This document shows positions 18,530 through 28,860 of a stretch of DNA of 64,000 nt, in pieces. The notes beneath the pieces are model-generated. The model was not told the origin of the DNA, searched no databases, and was given only the letters and a program-made list of their open reading frames with translations. This DNA comes from Candidatus Poribacteria bacterium. GTDB taxonomy: Bacteria; Poribacteria; WGA-4E; WGA-3G. How positions within the stretch are numbered: the first letter of the stretch is position 1; each line of letters opens with the position of its first letter. The DNA lies in assembly GCA_965215265.1 (NCBI GenBank), contig OZ244048.1, forward strand, positions 2,496,001 through 2,560,000, in the 5' to 3' direction. A program made the translations under genes and the position numbers.

Positions 18530-19912
18530 TTATGAATTTGCCCCCCGTGCTGTACGGAACCGTCTCGCCAAACGTGCCCGGAGTTTTCCAACCAGTTGTG
18601 ATTCTGTTTGTGCGATGTTGTGCAATTCGGTTGGGTCATTTTCTAAATTGTAAAGTTCAACGACATCGTTGTAGTTCTCAATCAGTTTATAGGTTTGAGT
18701 GCGGATGCACCGGAAGTTTCGGAGTGCGCTGACTGTCTCGGTGCGGTGTGTCTCTGTGTCTGCATGTAGCATAGGTGCAATTGAAAGCGCATCAATGTTC
18801 GCTAGGGCTGGCAGGCCTGCTAGTTCGGATATCGTTGGGTTCAAATCGATGAGTTCAACCAATCCATTTAAGGTTCGTGCAGGTTCGATGCCCGGCCCTG
18901 CGACAAGGAGTGGGACTCTTAGCGATGGTTCGTATGCGATGCTTTTTGTGTAAAGTCCGTGGTCGCCGAGCATTTCGCCGTGGTCGCTTGAATAGATGAT
19001 ATAGGTGTTGTCGAGCATGCCGCGCTGTTCAAGTGCATGAAGCATGTGTCCGATTTGTGCGTCGATGAGTTCTGTGGCGGCGCAGTATTGCTGGCGTGTT
19101 ATGTTGATTTGTTCGGTGCTGATATTAAGGACGCGTTTTTTGACCCAATCGGGTTTTCCGTGCATCTCGTCAGCAATCGCGGCAGGCATTTCTGCGTGCC
19201 GGTACTTATCGGCGTATTCTGTAGGCGGGTCGAACGGGTCGTGCGGTCCGACAAAACTGACGAAGAGGTGCCATGGGAAGTCGTCAGGAATGTTTTGAAT
19301 AAATTCAGTTGCGCGTCGGCCGATGTATGTATCCTCAAAATCCTCTGTTGAAAGCACCGAATCGTAGGAGCCGCCTTTAATCCAACCGTTGGTGCTACGC
19401 TTTCGATAATCTTGGTGGAACGTTTTGAGCATCCCTTTTTCCATGAGGTAATGGGTATAGGGTCCGATGGGGGTTGCCGAGCTGCCGGCGTGCATCTTGC
19501 CTTCACATTCTTCGGGGTGTGTGAAACCCCAGCTGTAGGTACGTGGCCGGTCTCCGTAGCGGCCGTTATAGCCATCAGGCTTGGCAAGATCGAGTTTTCC
19601 GACACATCCGACGCGATAGCCGTGGTCACGTAGTTGTTGGTAGTAGGTTGGTACATGAGATGGAAGGAAGCAACCGTTATCTACCGCACCGAGTCGAGAT
19701 GGTTGTAACCCAGATGCCAAAGCGATACGTGAAGGAGCGCAGACCGGGGCATTAGTGGTACAGTTCGTAAAGCGAACCCCTCGTTCTGCCAGTTGTCGCA
19801 AGTTGGGGGTATTGAGTGGTGCAGGCGCACCTTGATGCGATTCGAGATAGTCGTATCGGTGCTGGTCCGCCATAATAAAAAGAAAGTTCGGTCTGTCCGT
19901 TTTTCTGTTCAT
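18530..19912 (-). CDS. Sulfatase family hydrolase
   Basis: PNFLFIMADQ, CAPSR formylglycine motif, PHDP, SDHG. Confidence 0.92.
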   Translation of the reverse strand: MNRKTDRPNFLFIMADQHRYDYLESHQGAPAPLNTPNLRQLAERGVRFTNCTTNAPVCAPSRIALASGLQPSRLGAVDNGCFLPSHVPTYYQQLRDHGYRVGCVGKLDLAKPDGYNGRYGDRPRTYSWGFTHPEECEGKMHAGSSATPIGPYTHYLMEKGMLKTFHQDYRKRSTNGWIKGGSYDSVLSTEDFEDTYIGRRATEFIQNIPDDFPWHLFVSFVGPHDPFDPPTEYADKYRHAEMPAAIADEMHGKPDWVKKRVLNISTEQINITRQQYCAATELIDAQIGHMLHALEQRGMLDNTYIIYSSDHGEMLGDHGLYTKSIAYEPSLRVPLLVAGPGIEPARTLNGLVELIDLNPTISELAGLPALANIDALSIAPMLHADTETHRTETVSALRNFRCIRTQTYKLIENYNDVVELYNLENDPTELHNIAQTESQLVGKLRARLARRFRTARGANS

Positions 19913-20121
19913 TTTTCGTGTATCATATCCTCTTAGGTGGCTGCAATGTATTTTTTCAAGGAACTTACAAGCTATTATACCTGTCAATGCCCTAATTTCC
20001 AAGTAAAAAAATGTTATCAATCTTTTTTGCCAAAATTTACGAGGTATGCTATTATAGTTTCATAAATCTGAATACGGAAAAGGCTAAAACGTCTAATATC
20101 GAGGAAAATAAGGAGAGATTC

Positions 20122-20547
20122 ATGGCAGTTTTTTTACATACACGTGTTCGCGTCAGCGACTTAGACAATTCCATTAAGTGGTATTGCGACCATTTGGGTT
20201 TTGAAGTGCTCAGTCGGAGTGATAAATCTCCGGCGGGGAACCAGATAGTGCATCTTGAGCTTCCGGGCAACGCGCACACGTTGGAGCTTACCTATTCACC
20301 TGATTTTGAACTCAACGTTCAAGAAGACTTGATGCATTTTGCAATCGGTGTCCCGGATATTGTTGAATTTTGCGGTGGTTTAGAGAAAGCGGGTCTTGAG
20401 ATCTGGCCGGATGGGTGGCATAAGCAATTCACGTCGGGTGGAATGAAGATGGCATTCATCACAGATCCAGATGGTTATGAAGTAGAGATACTAGAGCGTA
20501 AAGATGCAGTGGGAGACCCGCTGAGCGTTCTTGAGACCGGCGAATAA
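20122..20547 (+). CDS. VOC/glyoxalase family protein
   Basis: HTRVRVSDL, LELTY, HFAIGV, FITDPDGYEVE; SD AAGGAG. Confidence 0.9.
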   Translation: MAVFLHTRVRVSDLDNSIKWYCDHLGFEVLSRSDKSPAGNQIVHLELPGNAHTLELTYSPDFELNVQEDLMHFAIGVPDIVEFCGGLEKAGLEIWPDGWHKQFTSGGMKMAFITDPDGYEVEILERKDAVGDPLSVLETGE

Positions 20548-20555
20548 GAAGGGTT

Positions 20556-21371
20556 CTAGGCGTAGGGCCAAAACTGGTTCCATGCGTTCATCCAATCTTT
20601 TGCGCGGCTTTCTACGGTGTAGGGTCCTGTGATTTCAACCCCCGGTCGCCCTTTGAATTCAGCGAGTTTATCAACTTTGGCAAGTTCAATGCTGATTGTT
20701 GTCGGTTTCTTGGGGATATACGGTTGTGTCAGGTTCAAATTTGTGAGTGCGTTTTTGGCGGCTTCTTCAATCATCTGCCGTGCACGTATGGGTGGTATTT
20801 GCTGTGCGCTAAACCTGCTGAGCCCTTTTTTAACAGCAAGTGTTGGGAGTGTTTCGCCGAGGAGTGCTTTGGCTTCTCGGCAAACGGCAGTGTCGCCTGT
20901 CACGAGGGAGATCGGAACGCCGTAGTGTCCATTGAGTGCAGCGTTTACGCCCGTTTCGCCGACGAGTACATCGTTGAACCAGAGGTTTCTGTATTGGACG
21001 CTGGAGATGGTGTGGCATAAGACGCCGTCGGGGGTTCCGCTGCGTGCGTGCATGCCGATAAGTAGACATGCGTCGCAGCCAGATTCCCAGAGGTCTTCAT
21101 AGCGGCCCCAGCCGTGGTGCGCGACCCATTCGCAATCTGGGTGAATTTGGTCTGGGATAAGCGAATTAAACGTCCAGGCTTGCCCGGCACCGTGGCAATC
21201 GACGACAACGATTTCGGTTGCGCCGGCGGCTTTCGCGCCGCGCGCCGCCGCGTTGATTTCTTCTGTGTATAGGTGTCTACCTTCCTCAAACATTGAGGCA
21301 CCGCCCGTAACTTGTTCCCACACGACAATGCCGCTGACACCCTCCATATCTGACATAATCAGTACACGCAC
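20556..21371 (-). CDS. M55 family D-aminopeptidase (DppA-like)
   Basis: SDMEG, DCHG, GMHA...G.L.HT, VTGD. Confidence 0.9.
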   Translation of the reverse strand: MRVLIMSDMEGVSGIVVWEQVTGGASMFEEGRHLYTEEINAAARGAKAAGATEIVVVDCHGAGQAWTFNSLIPDQIHPDCEWVAHHGWGRYEDLWESGCDACLLIGMHARSGTPDGVLCHTISSVQYRNLWFNDVLVGETGVNAALNGHYGVPISLVTGDTAVCREAKALLGETLPTLAVKKGLSRFSAQQIPPIRARQMIEEAAKNALTNLNLTQPYIPKKPTTISIELAKVDKLAEFKGRPGVEITGPYTVESRAKDWMNAWNQFWPYA

Positions 21372-21502
21372 TATTTTATTCTCCTCAACATGCCGGTAGG
21401 CATCAGGCTACAGCGTGCCTACCGTTTTTTTTAGGATACAATAAGGGAGGCGCGACATGCACATCCAAGTGTGCATGTCGTCGTTCATTGCAGTCTCCTT
21501 TT

Positions 21503-21733
21503 TTACTCAACCACCACTATTTTTGCTATTGCGCCACACAACAACTTAATTTTTGACGGTTGCCTGTCTGTCTCATAAGCCTCTAAAAATTCACCGCTAT
21601 TCCTATCAATATGCACTACAATTCTAGTCTTTTCAAAATCATAGTGCATTATCTCTCTGTTTGCTGCATTAATCCGCCGGTCAGGTAATCGACCGATAAT
21701 CTTCTGCTTTAATTCTTCTTTTCCTAAATTCAT
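21503..21733 (-). CDS. Small hypothetical protein (76 aa)
   Basis: AT-rich ORF with GAGG upstream; no recognisable motif. Confidence 0.45.
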   Translation of the reverse strand: MNLGKEELKQKIIGRLPDRRINAANREIMHYDFEKTRIVVHIDRNSGEFLEAYETDRQPSKIKLLCGAIAKIVVVE

Positions 21734-21977
21734 GATGCCCTCTTTAGCAGGTTATGCGTGCCCTTTACGGGGCGTGCGTTGTTGTGGTTCATAATTCTAT
21801 TCGCGACTTCGTGTATAAGTTCAACGGCGATAAAGTTGTCCTGCCTCTCCTTTTTTATCGTAAGAAACAATTAGACGGCTAAAGGATGCGATAAGGGCGG
21901 CGAATGGAAGTCGCATACGTGCTTGACATGTTGCCGTTCGCCGTGCCGACTTTTGCTGTTAGCCGCCTCTTTATTGA

Positions 21978-23015
21978 CTACAACTTCGCTCTGAGCAGAT
22001 GCATCAGACGTTCTGGTGGTTCAAACGGAAGTTCAACAATTTCGTTGGTGATGCCGCTGTAATAGATGCCTAGTAGCAGATTGAACTCTGCGAGTGATTG
22101 CTTCAGGTGCGTTGGATGCACCTTGTTCTCATCGTCGAGCCAGTTGAACACCGCTTCGGTGAGATTGCCTTGTGCGATGACATCTTGCTGTCCGTAGTTG
22201 AGCGGTCCGCCTTCATAGCCGTTCTCCTGCGTGGCGCGTTCCCAGCTGCTGAACCGCCAATGGACGAATCCCTTGGTACCAACAACGAAAACCCGTTTGT
22301 GACAGTGAACCCCCGGATCGTCGGAAGCGCGCAGTCCCAAGCCAGTGCCGAAGGCGACAGAAACATGGAGCCCATTTTCGTATTCAACGCGTCCGACGGC
22401 ATGCATGGGGGATGGCTGTGCTGAATCCAACTGTTCACTTCCGGAGATTTGCCCAAGTACCCTTATTGGACGAGAGTTGTCAATGTAGGACGAGACTAAT
22501 TGCAGCACATGGGGTCCCTGGTCAACGGGTGTGCTTCGGGCGCTTGCATCAATAAACTTAATGTCGCCAATTCTGCCGGCTGCCACGTCGCGTTTGAGTT
22601 CAAGATTCTGCGGGTGGAAGTTGAGTTGTGTATTGACAACGAACTTGGTTTGCGTTTCCTCAGCCAAACCTGCAATTTGTTTCCAATCTTCGCTTTCGAC
22701 GGCGATCGGTTTTTCGACGATGGCGGCTGGCACACCGTGGTCAGATGCCTGTTTCATCAGAGGGTATCGGATACGTTCGTTGCTGCCACGCAGGACGGGT
22801 GCCGTGACAATATGGAGCACATCCGGTTCCTCTTTCTCTAGCATCTCATCCAAGTCGGTGTATCGTGAAGAGATGCCGAAGTCGTCCCCGAATTTATTGA
22901 GCAGTTCGGTATTCATATCACAGATTGCGGTGAGTTTTCCGTTTTTAACAAAACGGTATGCGTCTGCATGGGCGCGTGCCCTGCCCCCGCATCCTAACAT
23001 CGCTGTTTTATACAT
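21978..23015 (-). CDS. Gfo/Idh/MocA oxidoreductase
   Basis: GCGGRA Rossmann motif, EKP. Confidence 0.88.
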   Translation of the reverse strand: MYKTAMLGCGGRARAHADAYRFVKNGKLTAICDMNTELLNKFGDDFGISSRYTDLDEMLEKEEPDVLHIVTAPVLRGSNERIRYPLMKQASDHGVPAAIVEKPIAVESEDWKQIAGLAEETQTKFVVNTQLNFHPQNLELKRDVAAGRIGDIKFIDASARSTPVDQGPHVLQLVSSYIDNSRPIRVLGQISGSEQLDSAQPSPMHAVGRVEYENGLHVSVAFGTGLGLRASDDPGVHCHKRVFVVGTKGFVHWRFSSWERATQENGYEGGPLNYGQQDVIAQGNLTEAVFNWLDDENKVHPTHLKQSLAEFNLLLGIYYSGITNEIVELPFEPPERLMHLLRAKL

Positions 23016-23127
23016 GAGTCATGTCTCCTATTAGCGGTATTTAATTATTGAAAATGCTTGTACTTTCATAGAAATCCTCGAGAAATACAGAGATTAGATT
23101 AACAGAAGCACAAGTTCTTGTCAACGG

Positions 23128-24174
23128 TTATCTATCAGGATTGATTGAAATCTTTTCGGCGATCTTCGCGCTATCGTAGAGTGCATCCAAAATTTGCATG
23201 AAAGTATAGGCATCTGCTGGGGAAACATCCGGTGCAACTTCGCCTGCGATTGCCATGGCGAAATGGTTGAGTTCATAGAAGAAGACGGGTATCTCTTGAG
23301 GCAGCGTGCCGTGTTCTATTTCGCTGGGTTCATCAATAACTTCGCGAATAAATTCACCAGCTTTGAATCGAGCGATTCCACCGTTGGTGATTGCCCCGGT
23401 GGTGCCGTAGCATTCCACAACACTTGGAGAATCGGAATGGCTCATTCGGGAACAGTCGATCTGGATGGTTTTTCCGCCTTCGCATCCGACAATACCAGTG
23501 AAATAGTCTTCTGCGGGTCCTTCTGGTCCGTGGTACTGTGGATAAAGTGCATGTATTGATGCGAACGCCCATTCAGGGTTCGGGCATCCCATCCACCACC
23601 AGACGAGGTTGAGTTCGTGCGAATAGTGTTGGCCTAACGAACCGCCCTTCTGCCCATAGACGTGCAGCCAGCGGCTGTCCTGATTAAACTGTGGGATGAA
23701 GTTATATTTGCCGAAGACCCGGGCGTGATAAGGCGTTCCAATTTTTCCTTTTTGTATTGCGTTGCGAATTTGGCGATTCTGCGGTGCGTGACGCATAAAA
23801 TAGCAGAATTGGAGTGTTTTTGCGGATGCTTCTGCTGCTGCTTCCATCTTTAAGATTTCCGGTGCCCGGATGGCGTGCGGTTTCTGTACTAAAACGTGCT
23901 TGTTTGCGTGCAGCGTATCCAGTACCTGTTGAAGGCGTCCGTCCGGTGAAGTTGCGAGATAGACGGCATCAACTGCAGGGTTGTCCAATAGTTCCCGGTA
24001 GTCGCTATGTCGGTGTGTGACGGCGAAGTCGTTTCCGGCCTGTTCACGGCGTGCAGCGTTGCGTTCTGCGATGGCAGTGACGTTCATGCGTGAAGTTGCA
24101 TTGGCGGCTTGAATTGCTTGACAGCCTGCCCATCCGCATCCAACGACTCCGAGTTGAATCTGTCCGTTTTTCAT
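23128..24174 (-). CDS. Gfo/Idh/MocA oxidoreductase
   Basis: VVGCGWAG, KHVLVQKP, GGSL...H. Confidence 0.88.
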   Translation of the reverse strand: MKNGQIQLGVVGCGWAGCQAIQAANATSRMNVTAIAERNAARREQAGNDFAVTHRHSDYRELLDNPAVDAVYLATSPDGRLQQVLDTLHANKHVLVQKPHAIRAPEILKMEAAAEASAKTLQFCYFMRHAPQNRQIRNAIQKGKIGTPYHARVFGKYNFIPQFNQDSRWLHVYGQKGGSLGQHYSHELNLVWWWMGCPNPEWAFASIHALYPQYHGPEGPAEDYFTGIVGCEGGKTIQIDCSRMSHSDSPSVVECYGTTGAITNGGIARFKAGEFIREVIDEPSEIEHGTLPQEIPVFFYELNHFAMAIAGEVAPDVSPADAYTFMQILDALYDSAKIAEKISINPDR

Positions 24175-24219
24175 TCCAAATTCTCCGTGGCTTGGCGATT
24201 GCCTGTTTTGTGGCTTCCC

Positions 24220-25482
24220 TTACGGTTCCGCAATTTTGTAGAGTTCTACCTGCCCGCCACGATATGTCTGGATGGCGAGGCTTTTGACGGGTTGACGGTT
24301 TTCGTCGTAGTGTGAAATCGTTGTTGCCCCTTTGTAAGCCTTGACTGCTGCGAATGCTCTTTGAACAGCAACCGCATCCAAGGAACCGGCTGTCTCTATT
24401 GCCAGAGCCAATAGTCGCATTGCATCGTACCCTGAGGCGGCGATGCCATCAGGCGGACTTCCGAACAGTGCGGTGTAACCTCCCACAAATTCTTGGACGG
24501 CTTCATCCTCAGCTGCGACAGAAAAATTAGTGGGATAGTAGCTGCCATCCAGTACAGAGTTATTGTCTAGGATACTGAGGAACTGCTCGCGATCGTCCCA
24601 AGCACTGCCGCCAAGGAAGGGGTTCTTTATACCGAGCTGCCGGGCTTCATTGATTAACAGGGGTACCTCGGGCAGGAAGCTCGGGCAGAAGATAACGTCC
24701 GGTTCTGCGACAGCGATTTGTGTCAGCTGTGGCATAAACGTTGTATCCCCGACAGTATAGGTGTCCATGTAAAGGATTTGGCCGCCGGTGTCCTCAAAAG
24801 CGGTGCGGAATGCTTGAACGAGATCTTCGGAATAGACATCGTCCGCTTCGTAAATTATCGCTGCCGTTTTCGCGTTGAGTTCATCGGTGTCCATAGCGAA
24901 TCTGGCCATCACTTCCCCTTGTAACGCGTTCGGCACTGTAATCAGGAAGACATATTCCCCAATTTTTGGTACGGTGGAGCTGCTGGACCCTGGGAGCATG
25001 AGCCTGCGTGCTTTTTGCGCAATCGGACCTACTACGACAGCATTGCTTGAGTAAACGGGCCCAAGCAGTGCAAAGACGTTCGCCTCTTCAATGAGTTCAG
25101 TTGCCGCGACGACACTGGATTCAGGGGTAGGAGGCATGGTTGCTACAGGTTGATTGTTTCGAGTGATAAACTCCACTTGCCGCCCAAGCACCCCGCCCTG
25201 GTTGTTAATCTGGTGTCGTGCGGTTTCGGCACCTTGGCTAAAGGTCGTGAAGACGTTTGAAGGCTGAATCACCCCGATTTTGAGCGTTGTTTCCATAGGG
25301 GCAGTTGTACCGTCAGGCTGAATCACCTGATTAATCCGTTCACACCCTGACAGGCATGCAATTAAAATTGAGAGAAAAAGGAGTTTAAGAGAATGCTGCT
25401 GTCGCAACGTTCCTAATACGTGATTTACAAACTGTCCAGAAGATATTGAGATTAGCCCAGTCGATCTAATTATAAGTTTCAT
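24220..25482 (-). CDS. ABC transporter substrate-binding lipoprotein (LivJ/branched-chain amino acid type)
   Basis: Lipobox LSGC, INNQGGVLGR, GPVYS, GYDA, YKGAT. Exact start uncertain. Confidence 0.85.
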   Translation of the reverse strand: MKLIIRSTGLISISSGQFVNHVLGTLRQQHSLKLLFLSILIACLSGCERINQVIQPDGTTAPMETTLKIGVIQPSNVFTTFSQGAETARHQINNQGGVLGRQVEFITRNNQPVATMPPTPESSVVAATELIEEANVFALLGPVYSSNAVVVGPIAQKARRLMLPGSSSSTVPKIGEYVFLITVPNALQGEVMARFAMDTDELNAKTAAIIYEADDVYSEDLVQAFRTAFEDTGGQILYMDTYTVGDTTFMPQLTQIAVAEPDVIFCPSFLPEVPLLINEARQLGIKNPFLGGSAWDDREQFLSILDNNSVLDGSYYPTNFSVAAEDEAVQEFVGGYTALFGSPPDGIAASGYDAMRLLALAIETAGSLDAVAVQRAFAAVKAYKGATTISHYDENRQPVKSLAIQTYRGGQVELYKIAEP

Positions 25483-25759
25483 TTTTTCCTTTCGTAATCA
25501 GAATGTCGCCCGGTTATCCGGGCGATTCATCTGTTTTATACAAAAAAACTTGAAAAATATTCGGTTTTATGATAGTTTTACAACAAGAGTTTTTAAGAAA
25601 AATAATAACATATATCGCGCGTGACTGGCAAGCGCAATTGTAAATCTGCACAGATTGGCACAGTTATTAAAATAGCCACGGTTGCTCTGGCGAGATAGGT
25701 GCGCGATGCCTCGCGCAAGGCGTGCCTTATCGCTTTAATCGACGGAAAAGGAGTTTTCC

Positions 25760-26818
25760 ATGGAACTCGGTTTTTTCACAATGCCTTTGCATCCCCCCGG
25801 TAGCGATACCACGAAGACGTTAGACGATGATATGGAGCAGATGGTAACGTTAGACGGGTTGGGCTACAAAGAAGCCTATATTGGTGAACATTTCACTTTC
25901 ACGTGGGAGAATATCCCGTCTCCGGATCTTTTCATCGCGAAGGCGGTTGCGATGACAGAGAACATCGTATTTGGTACTGGTATAACCTGCATGCCCATCC
26001 ACAATCCGGCAGTTGTCGCACATCGCATCGCACAACTTGACCATCTTGCACATGGCCGTTTTCATTGGGGCGTTGGTTCAAGTTCTACACCGAGCGATGC
26101 TGAGATGTTTTTGGCAGATGGGGACAGGAGGCAGGCGACGCGGGAAGGAATTGATGCAGTTCTTAATATTTGGGACGACCCGGAGCCCGGCCACTATAAG
26201 ACTAATTTCTGGGAATTTAAAATTCCGGAACCGAGGCCGGACATTGTGAGTATTCACATGAAACCGTATCAGAAACCGCATCCGCCCATTGCGTTGGCTG
26301 GTTCCTCTACTAGATCTGACACTCTCATCCTTGCTGGTGAGCGCGGCTGGATTCCGATGAGCATTAATCTCGCCCCTGTATCTGTCATCAAAACGCACTG
26401 GGATGCAGTCGAAGAGGGTGCTGCAAAAACCGGGCTCTCGCCCTGCCGTTCAACTTGGCGGATTGCACGTGAGGTATACGTGGCGGATACCAATGAGCAG
26501 GCACGAAAAGAGGCGATTCAAGGCACCCTCGGTCGCGATTTTAGGGAGTACTGGTTTAAACTGTTTGGATGGGAAAAGTTCAAGCCGGCTCCGGATATTC
26601 CTGATATAGAATCGTGCCTTGAACATCTATTGGATACTTTGTGGATTGTTGGGAGCCCTGAACATGTCGCGAACCGCCTCCGTGAACTTTATGATGAGGT
26701 TGGTGGATTTGGGGTGTTACTCGCTATGGGGCATGAATGGGAACCTAAGGAGCAGTGGTTGCGCTCAATGGAACTCCTGCAGAATGAAGTGATGCCACAA
26801 TTGGGGGACTTGACTTAA
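25760..26818 (+). CDS. LLM class flavin-dependent monooxygenase
   Basis: GFFTMPLHP, IGEH, LDHLAHGRF, PYQKPHPPI, IVGSP. Confidence 0.9.
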   Translation: MELGFFTMPLHPPGSDTTKTLDDDMEQMVTLDGLGYKEAYIGEHFTFTWENIPSPDLFIAKAVAMTENIVFGTGITCMPIHNPAVVAHRIAQLDHLAHGRFHWGVGSSSTPSDAEMFLADGDRRQATREGIDAVLNIWDDPEPGHYKTNFWEFKIPEPRPDIVSIHMKPYQKPHPPIALAGSSTRSDTLILAGERGWIPMSINLAPVSVIKTHWDAVEEGAAKTGLSPCRSTWRIAREVYVADTNEQARKEAIQGTLGRDFREYWFKLFGWEKFKPAPDIPDIESCLEHLLDTLWIVGSPEHVANRLRELYDEVGGFGVLLAMGHEWEPKEQWLRSMELLQNEVMPQLGDLT

Positions 26819-26916
26819 CGCCATCGTTGTGAGATGATGCGCTGGTTCAAAGCAACGCACTGCCGCGACTCTGCCGACATGCCAGAGAACCTTATGTGGT
26901 GCCAGGTACGAAAAAA

Positions 26917-27072
26917 TGAATGCAACGTTAAGAGTAGGTGCTGCCGAAACCTCTATCACTACTATAAAGGACAGGCCTGTTGAAAGAGAACTGTTAGTCC
27001 ATGTCGCGTCTCCTTAGAGTGTTCAGTCATCTGCTGTGCAATCCTGTTGAAAGAGAACTGTTAGTCCATGTC
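26917..27072 (+). pseudogene. Gene fragment with a 30-bp direct repeat
   Basis: MNATLRVGAAETSITT..DRPVERELLVHV then stop; CCTGTTGAAAGAGAACTGTTAGTCCATGTC at 26976-27005 and 27043-27072. Confidence 0.45.
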
Positions 27073-27130
27073 CCTGCCGAACTCAATCTGAGATACGGAA
27101 ATCCGGCTCTGACACAAATAGGAGATAGGA

Positions 27131-27934
27131 ATGAAAATTGGACTCATGGAGGGCACGATTCGCCGCCAAACGTTAGGCGAGACATTTGATGCTGTTGTGG
27201 AGCACGGTGTCCACCATTTACAATATCATGTGTCTGCATCTGCTCCACTCGCCGAAATTCGCAAAGAGTTGGACGTGCGGCAGATAACCATCTCTGCGCT
27301 TTCAGGCACGTATAATATGATCGATCCGGATGTCCAGAAACGTCGTGATGGATTGAGTATGTTGCGCGTGGTGGCAGCAGCGTGTGAACCGCTCGGAACA
27401 TCCGTAATTACACTCTGCACAGGCAGCCGGGATTCGGACAGTATGTGGCGTGCCCATCCGGATAATAGTAGCGATTCTGCGTGGCGCGATCTGGTTGATT
27501 CGATGGAGCAGGCACTACAGGTTGCAGAAGCGTACGGTGTTACCCTCGCCTTGGAACCCGAGGTCGCGAATGTTATCGATTCAGCCCAAAAAGCCCGTCG
27601 TCTACTTGATGAGATGCAATCACCGTTGCTGAAAGTGGTGATGGATGGCGCGAACATCTTTCACAAAGGTGAACTGCCACGCATGCGTGAGATTCTCAAC
27701 GAGGCATTTGACCTGCTCGGTTCCGATATAGCCCTTGCACACGCGAAAGACCTTGACAGGGACGGTGCGGCTGGGCACCTTGCTGCAGGAACCGGATTAT
27801 TAGACTATGAACAGTATCTCGGTTTACTTAAGCAGATCGGCTATGATGGTGCTGTAGTTCTACACGGGTTGTCAGAAGCACAGGTGCCGTATTGTACCGA
27901 ATTTTTGCGTCAAAAGATCGCTGCCATTTTGTAA
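27131..27934 (+). CDS. Sugar phosphate isomerase/epimerase (TIM barrel)
   Basis: LALEPE, MDGAN, AHAKD, GTGLLDY. Confidence 0.88.
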   Translation: MKIGLMEGTIRRQTLGETFDAVVEHGVHHLQYHVSASAPLAEIRKELDVRQITISALSGTYNMIDPDVQKRRDGLSMLRVVAAACEPLGTSVITLCTGSRDSDSMWRAHPDNSSDSAWRDLVDSMEQALQVAEAYGVTLALEPEVANVIDSAQKARRLLDEMQSPLLKVVMDGANIFHKGELPRMREILNEAFDLLGSDIALAHAKDLDRDGAAGHLAAGTGLLDYEQYLGLLKQIGYDGAVVLHGLSEAQVPYCTEFLRQKIAAIL

Positions 27935-28019
27935 TCGTGATTTTTTTGGTGCCCTCAAACGTAGTGAGGATAGTGCGCCGTTTCAAAGCTTTTCAAAGCT
28001 TTTCAAACCTTGGGTGCGA

Positions 28020-28107
28020 ATCCACAAAACGCTCCGGGTATATTGAAGGCAGCTTGAACTTAGATTCACAAAACGCTTCGGGTATATTGAAGGCAGCTTG
28101 AACTTAA
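28020..28107 (+). repeat. 44-bp tandem duplication overlapping the promoter of the ABC genes
   Basis: CACAAAACGCTYCGGGTATATTGAAGGCAGCTTGAACTTA at 28023 and 28067; TTGAAC(28098)-17 bp-TATAAT(28121). Confidence 0.9.
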
Positions 28108-28147
28108 ATTGCAGATTTGTTATAATAGATGAAAGGAGGAACAGTTG

Positions 28148-28825
28148 ATGAATCAGAGAAAACCTATTGAGGAACAGATCGATCTCCCGTTTGTTGAATC
28201 GCTCCGTATCAGTTTTCAGAGTTTAAAAATCCGATTCGGTCGTTCGATCATCACGACAGCTGGGATTACCTTAGGGATTGCGTTTCTCGTCTCGGTGTGG
28301 GCAAGCAACGAAATTGACTTAGCGCTTCAAGAGAGCGGCCGGCAAACCCAAATTAACACTTTTGAAGAGACAACCGAACAAGGGATTTCAACAAAAGATA
28401 TCTGGCTAATTATCATGTCGCTCATCGTGTGTGTTGTGGGGATTGCCAATTCGATGCTGATGGCAGTGACAGAACGTTTCCGTGAGATCGGTACTATGAA
28501 ATGTCTGGGTGCGTTGGACGGTTTTGTGGTGCGGCTGTTCTTGCTTGAATCTGGATTCCAAGGTTTTTCAGGTGCGCTCATCGGTGCGCTCATCGGCATT
28601 CTTGGTGCTGTGCTTTTGGGGCTTAAGAACTATGGACTGGATCTGTTTTTCTATTTCCCTTTGTTGCCTGCGCAGTCTGAGAACGGTCCAATGCAGCTGG
28701 GAGTGATAGTTATCATCCTATTGGGCTGTGTACTAGGTATGATTCTAGCCGTGATCGGTTCATCGTTTCCGGCGTGGCGTGCGGCGAAGCTTCCGCCGGC
28801 TGAAGCGATGCGTACGGAGGTGTAG
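28148..28825 (+). CDS. FtsX-like ABC permease (short)
   Basis: GIANSMLMAVTERFREIGTMKCLGA; PAWRAAKLPPAEAMR. Confidence 0.9.
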   Translation: MNQRKPIEEQIDLPFVESLRISFQSLKIRFGRSIITTAGITLGIAFLVSVWASNEIDLALQESGRQTQINTFEETTEQGISTKDIWLIIMSLIVCVVGIANSMLMAVTERFREIGTMKCLGALDGFVVRLFLLESGFQGFSGALIGALIGILGAVLLGLKNYGLDLFFYFPLLPAQSENGPMQLGVIVIILLGCVLGMILAVIGSSFPAWRAAKLPPAEAMRTEV

Positions 28826-28860
28826 GGGCGCTGGGCAATGACTTTTAAGAAGGAAAAACT

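Noticed and set aside
26976-27072. CRISPR array
   Set aside because: Only two repeats, no clear palindrome or typical terminal motif, no cas genes or leader, and the repeat is in frame with a protein remnant.
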